Shown one piece after another: positions 54,071 through 64,000 of a stretch of DNA of 64,000 nucleotides. Numbering within the stretch: position 1 is the stretch's first letter; every line of letters starts with the position of its first letter. The position numbers and the translations under genes were made by a program. The notes below the pieces were generated by a model. The model did no database searches. It was given only the letters and a program-made list of their open reading frames with translations, and was not told the origin of the DNA. The stretch spans positions 186,001-250,000 of the forward strand of contig JAQFVV010000006.1 in the NCBI GenBank assembly GCA_028023455.1. The letters run 5' to 3'. The stretch is from Epiperipatus broadwayi. Its lineage: Eukaryota > Animalia > Onychophora.

Positions 54071-55580
54071 ACATAACAACTAGTTTGTAATTTTATTTTC
54101 GATAGTTGGTTAATAATCACAAAGCTTATATTTGAAATGGATTACATTGAATTCTCTCTAGTATTTATTTACATAAATTCTAATTGTAGGTAGAATTTAT
54201 TACACACACACACACACACATATATATGTAAATTATATGCAAAAAATTTAATGATTTAAAAAAAAAGCAAATACATTGTACAAAGGATTTTCGTAATTTA
54301 TTTTCTGATCAAATAATATCCCTCTTCACATATACATACAATAAAATGGTGCTTCTATGCAATTGACTTTTAACAACACTGATCAATATAGATATATTTA
54401 TATGCCACTACATACGTATGTATAGGTATGTTTTAATAAAGCACCTTTCTGGATGCAAATATATAACCAATCAGATTAATTCAGTGTTCCTTAATTACAC
54501 CCTATAATTTCATACGCTGTCAATCCAATAAAAAAAATATTAGATTGACTTCTAAGTCAAGTGAAGAATGTTAAGTTTTTTCTCGAAATATATATATATT
54601 AATGAGAGCAATCAGTCATATCCTTTTCACTGGAAAGATAGCTAACATTACGAAGTGCAATTCAGGAGCACAACAAAATACTTTATTTGATGTATATATA
54701 TATAAAACAACAATTGAATGCATATAATTAACCAGTAATGCTACCTAATGTTATAATCTAAATGTCTGCTTACTTTCTGTTTTTCTAAGCATGTAAATAA
54801 ATGGCAACTAACAATAGGAATGAATATTTAAATCAGCCAAAAAATATTGCAGTGGCAAATAATGGTAATCTATTTATAAGCTTAGATGAAAAGAAGAGAA
54901 TCATTTTTCTGTCTCCTAGTAATTTAGACACTATAATCCTAGGTAGCATTGCTTGTTAATTTTATATGCTAGGTTGTAGTGATATTAGTTGTCAATAAAT
55001 GACAATTAGTGTTGTGCATTGATTTAATTTATTTGTTTAGTGGTTTATAAAGTTACTAAAAGCATTAGAAATTAGTGTCACTTTACAAACATAACTCTGA
55101 AAGCTAATTGAGTTTGCCATTGCAAAATTTTTGATTATTTAAACATTTGCTTCTATTCTTATGATGATTTGGAATTTATTTATGAGTAGAAGGGGGCCAT
55201 TAGTAATTTAGAATTAATAACAATACATAACACTGCTGATTAATTGTAAATGCTAGATTGTCAGCAGTGAGTCTCACGCAATGCTTTAATAAATATGCAT
55301 GTACTAATATTATAAATGTTAATTGTAACCAGAATCTCCATTAAAATTTTCACTATCACTACCAGTCAAAAAATAATGTTTGATGAAAAAACAACCAATC
55401 TCTGCTGGACGTACATTTCTGTCAATAAAGGATGTCATCAGCTGCCTGCAAAGTAGGCAAAACCCCACCAAACAAAGCTGTGCAATTTCTATATAATATC
55501 TATAAAATTTTTCAATTTGATATTAAAGTTTGAATGTAAATTTAATGATAAAGCCTAATATATGTCTGAAGGTTTGTAAT

Positions 55581-55699
55581 GATGTTGGACTGTTTCCATC
55601 ATTTATGAGTGAATGTTGAATGTATAGAAAATTATAAACTTTATTTAAATAAAGTTTATAATTTTCTGTACATTCAACATTCACTCATAGTCCAACATC
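55581..55699. repeat. Zero-spacer palindrome built from the 11-kb MITE arm
   Basis: 86-bp core 55604-55689 centred on TTT|AAA with one mismatch; outer GATGTTGGAC/GTCCAACATC pair. Confidence 0.92.
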
Positions 55700-58044
55700 G
55701 CATCTTTTAATGATAAAGCCTCCTTTACATTAGTTTAATGTTAATACCCAAACTGGAAATCTTGAATTAAACTCATTTTTAATTAATCTAGCTTCCAAAT
55801 AAATATTTTCATAAGTAAATAACTAATCAAACACCACACAAATACATAATTTTAACTTAAGCTCTGTGTTAAAATTTTCATAATCTTTCAAGTGGCAATG
55901 TCTGATTAAAAAAAATAAATAAATAATCAAATTGAATACAGGAGTCTCAATTAGTTTCAGGGTTGCTGAGTATGCCAATCTCGATAGAAACATATAATCT
56001 ATAGCCATTTGAAAGATAGTGAAAATTTCTAGAATATGTAACCATTTTCTGTAGATATATATTTGCATTGTGCATGAATTAAAGCACATATATCGAAAAG
56101 TTAGTTTACTCAATTATTATCGTTTCCTTAATTTCTTTTTAATTTAATATTTTAATAAATTTAGAAATGAGATAGTGCATCCCCTCACTATGTTATGAAG
56201 GTGCAGAAAATGCTCCACAAATATGTTTGACACATAAGTTGTTGAATGACTTTCTGTCATCTAACCTACCAGAAATTTTTGACCCATCCAAACAACTTAT
56301 ATATGAATAAATGGTGACTCAGACTTTATCTGCCCATCTCCCTATAAGAATTCATTATTTGCTAACATTTTAATTCTGCATCAGCATTGTAAGTCACAAT
56401 AGTTTTATTGGCAACTTAAAAATTGAATTGTTATGTTTAGTTACGATAAAATTTCTTAATAACCTTCTCCTCGGTCTTAAAAGATAAAACATGCTATATT
56501 AAAAAGAACATTTTCAACATATTAGAATCTTCTATAAAAATCCAATTACAGTTTGACTGAACAGAGACTGTTTTTCTTGTTTTATTACAAAATATTTTCC
56601 TTAGATGACATTTTTAATGTGCGAACATATTATCATGTAATCACTTTTACCAGTGGTATTTGAATTTATCTTGTAATATTAACCATTCATTTTATGCAAG
56701 GCGGAGATGATTATACTCTGTCCTCCTGGTTTGGTGCTGTAGTAAAGTAGCAAACTCTGACCCTCAAGGTCCAGGGATCATGACCCAGATTTGTCATTTC
56801 CTGTGCACAAACTTCTTATTAACTACCAAACAGTAAACTGTTCAATTTTTTTTTTTAATTGTAGTTTCACTTCAAACTCGACATTAATTAGAAATTATTA
56901 TAAATGTTAAACTAAATATAGAATATTAATAATAGTACTAAAAATGCGGACTTTACAAATTAATCACATTAAAAAACTTAAAGCTGCACTGTTGCAGGGT
57001 ACTATAATTTGGCTCCCTGCTCACACAAATCAATTAAATGTTCTGATGTCCGCTGCTTACTGAATGAAGAAAATAACACAGTCATGAACACAAAAGGTAT
57101 GCTTTGCTAATCATAAAAATGTCGCAAGAAAAAATAAGTATATGCAGAGTTTGTTCCATATAGCATAGCAAATATTACTACATAATGATCTAGCACTTTA
57201 CTTTTTTTGGCTGAACTTATGTTTCAATTAGAGAATTGCCTAAAAAGTACATTTTATCCACACAAATCTATACATCGCTCTTTTAACTTTATTAACGATG
57301 CTGACAATAGTAAATCATGGCACAGATTTAAAGAAAAAAATTAAATACTTTCCAATATTCTATATCGCCATTAAAAAAATAACATATTTAAATAGAACAT
57401 ATGTAAATGATTTTTATAAGTTATTTAATTTGCTGACCAGGTTAGGCTCCGTATTATTTTTTTTATGCATTTAGTTAAATTCACATTTTCACAGTAACTT
57501 TAGTTTACATGAAGCTAAAGATAAAATATTGTAAGTTCCATGAAGTTGACCCAAGATAAAAAATAATAAGTTAAGAAAAAATAATCCTTACTATAAAAAA
57601 AAAATAAAAAAGGAAAAGAATTTAAATATTCTTAAAGTTGTCCATTTAGATTAAATAATAAAATGCAAATTTTCATATACAAATTTTAATATAGCCATTT
57701 TAATAATAATCTGTATCTTATTCCTCATAAAATTAGGATTAAAATAATATATAAAAAACATATATTTATTATATTTTAGGCTACTGCTTTTTAAAATATG
57801 AATAAGTAATAGAGAAGTTATCTATGAACACATAAATTTAGGGAATTTTTTCTGTGCAATAATTTGTTTTCAAATATTTGTTTAATAGTACTATCGATAA
57901 GTAATAATTTAAAAGTCGAAATATACATTAATGACTGCATTCTGGCAATTTAAACACATACATACATGCACATATAGATAAAGTTAGCACACATGTGCAA
58001 ATCTATTTATAATAATTATATTTATAAAGTGCGTACTTGTTACA

Positions 58045-58153
58045 TAACGTAATATTAATTAAGGCTAAAACCTTAAGAGATTTGCAGAAGTCCCTATTGT
58101 CATTTTTTCAGGCACATAGTCTTAAGGTTTTAGCCTTAATAAATATTACGTTA
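58045..58153. mobile_element. Small MITE, same family as 33631-33773
   Basis: ~34-bp inverted ends containing TAAGGCTAAAACCTTAAGA; interior related to the 33.7-kb copy. Confidence 0.75.
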
Positions 58154-58700
58154 AATCTATTTATATACATTTAGGCAATTGCTTCTACAAACTGCTGGAA
58201 AACTTTAAATTTTGTTTCTAATATAATAACATAAATAATTTAATTTCTGGGAATAAATTTGAAATAATAATTTATCAAGAGAATTCATTTTAATGAAATT
58301 ATTTATAGAAAACACAACCATTAATATTTATCCTGAAAGGAACTATCAATTCCTTTTTAAATGTCTGTAAATAGATTAAAATATTCTACGTGATTTTTTT
58401 TTTCTATTAAAAAAATGCTATTTTTTTTAATTTTAAAAAATAGCTTTTATAAATCAAAATTCATAAAAGAAAAACTATACGATTTACAATCATATGGCTA
58501 CTATAATACCATTAAAACAGAAATAGAATTTTCTATTACATTTTCTGAACTTAGTTCAGTCCCATATGGCTATTTGAGTTAGATAGTTGGACTTTTAGAC
58601 ATATGGATGTCTGAAGGTTTCAGATTTTCTTCTCAATAGTTATACATTAGATAAAGTGCTGGGCTTGTCCTAGTATTTTTAATCTAATGAATATCCTGGC

Positions 58701-58740
58701 ACCTCACTGATGATGCTAGATGCAGAAACCAGTCTGCGGT
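58701..58740 (+). ncRNA. Minimal type I hammerhead ribozyme motif (Penelope-like element type)
   Basis: acctca-CTGATGA-TGC tagat GCA-GAAAC-CA-GTC-tgcggt: complete core, 3-bp stem II, stem I 5 of 6 paired, GUC cleavage triplet at 58732-58734. Confidence 0.7.
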
Positions 58741-59229
58741 TGAGGGTATTCTCAAAGCTTAAGAGTTTGTTTTGCCAACTCTATATATAACACTTGTAAA
58801 TATGAGCTTTATTAAAATTAGGTCATGTGACATCTGACTTGATTTTTTATCATTCTATTACATTGTATATTGTGTACATGTGTATTACCTATGCTGCATT
58901 ACTTTTGTAGAATAAAAAAAAGTCCCTATACTCTATAAACTTATGAGATTAAAGCTTTAGCAAATAATAAAGCAGATTGAGGATAGTGCCGCATTCTGAA
59001 GAATATTTATCAAAATGTGATAGTACTAATTAGAATACACTAGTATAATGGTAGATAATTCCATCTCTATAAAATCTTTTTATAGTAATGAATAAGAATA
59101 AATGGAGATTATTTAACATCTCTCGATATTAATGCAATTTACCCACTGTACTTTAAACACTTAGAAAAAACCTTTCATTGTACATATAATCTTATGTTTC
59201 GATAAACTGTATTTATATAAGATATTACA

Positions 59230-59970
59230 GCAAAATAAAGGAAAGGTGAATTTGATAATCTCTCGATATGGTAGATGACTAATGTTTCAGGCCCCCACAA
59301 AATATTATACAAGAATTATAAAATAAAAGTGATAAAGTAGAACTAAAGATAAGTATTAAAAAGGCTAAAGTAATGTTCAATAAGTTATCAAAAATTAAAA
59401 ATTGATAATAAGAGATTTGAAGAAGTTAAGAACTACAAGCATCTTGGTCATGACATTACGACACATGAAAATAGACAATGAAATTACCCACTGAAATGAA
59501 CTTAGATTCATAAATTAATATTGTAAAAACAGCATTAGTAAAGATAAAGATCCTGCTTTTTAGATGTTTGGAATTTTCCTTTAAATATTAAAAGTTTTCT
59601 ATCCAATGTATTCTTTTTAAGACTTGGGAAATTTAATAAAAACTTAATACAGAGTTTTTAGAGTACATGGTGAATTAGAAAAATGTCGGCTGGGTTTAAA
59701 AAGAATACACTGAAAGTAAATTGCATGGGTAAGAGAACAAATATTGTTGATATCACTGAAAGAATTAAGAGGGTGAAATGGGATAAATATGTTGCTTGAA
59801 AAGATGATTGGTGCAGGAACAAATAAAATCCTAAACTGAATTCCAAAAAAAAAAAAATGCAAAAGATCTATAAACTCACCACAAATAAGATAGATGGATA
59901 ATAAAACAAGAAAATTTGGAGTGATGTGAAGAAGAAAGGTAAGAATTGGACAGACTGAAGTAGATTCAAA
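59230..59970 (+). mobile_element. Decayed RTE-clade LINE (RT thumb and C-terminal region)
   Basis: EEVKNYKHLGHDIT (YxYLG-type motif) near 59420-59460 and ERIKRVKW near 59760-59785. Confidence 0.65.
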
Positions 59971-60043
59971 AACATTAATTCCTGCAATAGCTGATAATTT
60001 TTACAAATAACAATGTTTTATATATTATCTCCAATAACATTAC

Positions 60044-60150
60044 CTGTAACCATGGTTCGGAGCCATTATGCCTCCAGCAGAATACACGGCAGAGCTTGCT
60101 TCCACAGTGATCAACGTAAACATGTTCATCACCTCCTGATATATGGAAGG
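60044..60150 (-). CDS. PI4KA: PI4KA exon (107 nt): PSIYQEVMNMFTLITVEASSAVYSAGGIMAPNHGY+AG
   Basis: Acceptor tttttcag, donor gtaatg; similar to recalled IYQEVWNLF...SVKASSVVYSA...HGYR. Confidence 0.93.
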
Positions 60151-60737
60151 CTGAAAAAGTCCAATGATTAAATTATCAACAAAATTTAAAAATGGCTTAA
60201 TTTCAAAGAGATAATTCAAACAGAGTGCTAATTTTATAAATAATTAGGATAACCCAATCACTTGAAACATAAATGAAAGACAATACAAATATTTCACATT
60301 TGGAAAGAATATTGAAAATATCAAACACAACTTTAGTGCTGAGTATTGGTAACCATTACGTTCAAACTAACAATAAAAGAAATATAATAGTTGTTTTTGG
60401 ACAGGAATACCCAGCACCGAAAATGCATTAAGGCTGAATTTAACATTGTCAATACTTTTTCCAAACACATGGCATTAAATTAATAACAAATTTCTAAAAA
60501 AAAAAATGTGTATAAACACACGAAGCTAAAGCAATCAAAAAATAAAAACTACAATTATCAAATATTCCTGAAATTAAAATGTTATCCGTAAATTTGCCAG
60601 GAATCAATGGTGAACATAATAATATCATATCAAAAATGACCTACCCTGTAGCAAGATCCTTTGTTAAATTTACCAAGCTATGCTTATTACTTTGTAATGT
60701 AGGCTTTATTTCTCAAAAAAAGTAGTTTTTAATATAT

Positions 60738-60897
60738 ATCATTAAAAGCCAGTCATCACTTAGACAACCCCAATATCAATCAACAATTTCAAACTGTTGT
60801 CAAGGCAACCTTTATTGTTAAAAGATTGTTCTTGACAACAGTTTGAAATTGTTGATAGTTATTGATATTATGTAAATGATGACTGGCTTTTAATGAT
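60738..60897. repeat. Inverted repeat from a dispersed family (also at 31160-31230 and 61330-62110)
   Basis: atcattaaaagccagtcatca...aactgttgtcaag paired with cttgacaacagttt...tgatgactggcttttaatgat. Confidence 0.85.
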
Positions 60898-61329
60898 TAT
60901 TTACAAACCCATTTAGCCTTGAGCAATATTACAGTTAGTATTTAATATATATATATTAGAGAAGTCATACAAATATATTACATCTATATTAGGGTTTTGC
61001 ATGTTAATATTTGTAATTAATATCACATCAAATATAACAGCAATTGACTGCCGTATAGAAATATTTCTTCCTACTGTTTTTCTAATCAAATAACAGAAAA
61101 TTTTAAACTATTTAATTTGAAAGAAGATCAGCAAAGTTTTCTTATCTGAAATATATCTAAATTGGCTTATTCTATTTTTCCATAACAAAGATTTCAGTCT
61201 AAAAGAGCAGAAAATCATTCCTCAACATACCACTTAACATACCTAATGATTGATCTATTTATCTGACTATCATATTTGTGCCAATGTTTAATTTATAAAG
61301 ACTTAATTTGTAATACTTATGAATGAAAA

Positions 61330-62110
61330 TATATCAATAAATGCAAAATAATGTATGCAATTGAGTAGTTTTTTAAAAACTATACATATATAAATACATG
61401 AAAGCAGTCAACACTTAAATAATACCAATATCATTAACAATCAACAAACTCAATCTATTGTCAACGCAATCTCCTTTAATCAATAAAGGAGGAAATCCAC
61501 CTTTATCTATGGCTAATAGGTTTATATAGATACTAAAGATTGCAATCTGAATACAGAGAGAGTTTATTAATACAAAAAAGTTTAAATAAACCTCACTAAA
61601 CAAGTAAATAAAACCTGTTGTGTAAGCAGAATAACAAATAGTCAATCATAATTGTCAAATTGCATTCCAAATATATATTAAGATAATAAATCTAATAATG
61701 CTCAATCCTAGATAGGTATACAATGTAAATATATGAAAGCAGTCAACACTTAAACAATACCAATATCATTAACAATCTCAATTTGTCGTTAAGGCAACCT
61801 TCTTTAATCAATAGATGTGGAAATCATCTTTATATTGTTTATGTAGATACTAAAGATTGTAACTTGACTACAGAGAGAGATTATTAATACGAAGAAGTTT
61901 AAATAAATCTCAATAATTTAGTAAATAAAAGCTGTTCTGAAAATAGACTAACAAATAATCAGTTGTAACTTTCAAATTGCAATTATAACTTTATTAAGAG
62001 GTTGCCTCAACAACAGATTGAGATTGTTAATAATATTGGTATTGTTTAAATGATAACTGCTTTCATATATTTGCATTGAATACCTATCTCACCTTGATCA
62101 TTATTAGGTT
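61330..62110. mobile_element. Non-autonomous element: tandem ~340-bp units ending in an inverted arm
   Basis: gaaagcagtcaacacttaa... at ~61400 and ~61735 (direct); reverse-complement arm at ~61993-62107. Confidence 0.75.
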
Positions 62111-62114
62111 TATA

Positions 62115-62550
62115 TATATATAAATTTATAAATAAATATTAGAAAATACAGTACTTAAAAGTTTATAAAAATATATCTATAACCGTCACTTAGAAGCGCT
62201 TTCAACTATTCTTCTAGTTTTTGTCAACTAATGTCAGCTTTCCCATAATTCCATGTCAACTTTCCCATAATTCCGTAATCTTTGTTTTCTGCTTGCCTAT
62301 TAATTAAATCTTGCTTGTATTTATATACTAACACCGCTTCTTTAATTAATAGGCAAGCAGCAAACGTTAAAATCAAGGAATTATGGGAAAGTTGACATCA
62401 TGGAATTATGGGAAAGCTGACATTTTAAAATATTAGTTGACAAAAACTACAAGAATAGTTGAAAGTGTTTTTAAGTGACAGTTATAGATCTATTTTTATA
62501 AACTTTTAAGTACTGTATTTTCTAATATTTATTTATAAATTTACGTATAT
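62115..62550. repeat. Diverged fold-back inverted repeat (~190-bp arms)
   Basis: 62121-62307 versus 62341-62543, several substitutions and small indels; each arm has an internal ~21-bp duplication. Confidence 0.9.
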
Positions 62551-63118
62551 TATTTTGAAGAAATACAGACATCGATTTGTAATATTATTAATATATATAT
62601 ATTTTGTTATGGGTACTCCTTACATCCCTCCAATACCAATTACACACCTTGTGGCCTAATCTGAATCCAAGACCCATGATATTAGCGTTATTTATTAATC
62701 ACTAGATTAATAAAAATTAAAGCACTAAAATTGACAAACCATTAACTGCAACACAAATTTTAAACCCCAACCTAATTATACTGTAAATATATCTCTCTCA
62801 ATTAAATTACAAGACACATGATAACTAATCTTCAGTAATTCTTAACTTGTTAAATGTGTTATAACTCCAATACACTATAACAATGCATAGTAAATAAGAT
62901 CGGATAAAATGAACACAATCAAGAAATGAACATTTGTATTAAAGAAATATCAAATAAAGATTTTAGTGTTATTAACAAATTATATATATTAATATTCATT
63001 AAAAATGACATGAACAATGGACCTAAATGATATTCACGAACTTGTTTTTCTATGAACGAGCTTCTTCTCCAAAAAGATATAAAATTTCGTTAGTTGGCTG
63101 ACTTACTGCAAACCTAGC

Positions 63119-63824
63119 CAATAGTCAAATATGTTTAAAAATACATATATACAAGCAACAAAGATTACAAATTATAAAATTATTATATAAAAGCCTTTTT
63201 CGGCAAATTATGTTTTTTTGCCCTTTTCAATATGTCTCCACGATTTAAAGCACATACAGCGACATCTATATCAACACATGAGAGAAGATAGATAAACAAA
63301 TGGATATTTGACATGATCTATTATGTGATTTTTTTTCCCCCTCAATTCTACTACAAAATTACTCTGTTATATATATTGAATGGATATATATCCACATATA
63401 TTAATTAATTAACTATCCATTCTTTATCCATTAACCACTTATTATTTAACTTAATGGATGTTTTGTATATATTCATACAGTTGTTTTTATTATACATGAT
63501 GTAGTTTGTTTCATATATTTTATGTCTATTAACATAATTAATATATGTGGATATATATCCATTCAATATATACAACAGAGTAATTTTGTAGTAGAATTGA
63601 GGGGGAAAAAAAAATCACATAATAGATCATGTCAAATATCCATTTGTTTATCTATCTTCTCTCATGTGTTGATATAGATGTCGCTGTATGTGCTTTAAAT
63701 CGTGGAGACATATTGAAAAGGGCAAAAAAACATAATTTGCCGAAAAAGGCTTTTATATAATAATTTTATAATTTGTAATCTTTGTTGCTTGTATATATGT
63801 ATTTTTAAACATATTTGACTATTG
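63119..63824. repeat. Near-perfect long inverted repeat (~289-bp arms, 127-nt spacer)
   Basis: Arms 63119-63407 and 63535-63824; one substitution and one homopolymer-length difference seen by eye; part of the arm resembles 960-1085. Confidence 0.95.
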
Positions 63825-64000
63825 TATACTTGAAGTGCAACATAAAAAAAGAATTGGTTTTAATTCTGATTCTTTTTCTGTATAGTAATTTCGATATTAT
63901 TTATAACGTTACTTTTGAAACCTAGCCAACTATCTGATATAGGTTGGCAAAATGTTAAGTAGCTATTTTTAGCTAGCGAATGAAATAAGAATGACCAGCC

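Larger units (their letters stand above)
7837..60150 (-). other. PI4KA: PI4KA gene, internal segment (10 coding exons, partial at both ends)
   Basis: Manually spliced exons give one continuous 349-codon frame from PSIYQEVMNMF... to ...VLSQSLHL. It matches the recalled metazoan PI4KIIIalpha middle region (e.g. [32 protein letters not shown]). Exon phases are concordant at every junction. Confidence 0.97.

Noticed and set aside
60151-64000. Preceding PI4KA exon
   Set aside because: No matching peptide seen; the region is occupied by repeats

Overview
Very AT-rich, intron- and transposon-rich animal DNA. An arthropod source, probably chelicerate-like, is an inference only. One host gene runs through the window on the minus strand: ten internal coding exons of phosphatidylinositol 4-kinase alpha (PI4KA/PI4KIIIalpha) between 60150 and 7837. 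They total 1047 nt (349 codons), all introns are GT-AG, and the phases join without stops. Both gene ends lie outside the window. The introns hold decayed hAT, mariner, pogo/Tigger-like MITE, LINE/RTE and solo-LTR copies, plus tRNA-derived sequences. Three things stand out. (1) A dispersed family of short repeats carries Penelope-type minimal hammerhead ribozyme cores, several sense to the pre-mRNA and some enclosed by inverted arms. (2) Inverted ~1-kb MITE copies bracket a 279-nt, frame-symmetric three-exon block, a possible circRNA or exon-skipping geometry. (3) There is a conspicuous density of long fold-back palindromes. Protein identifications come from recalled family motifs, not database searches.
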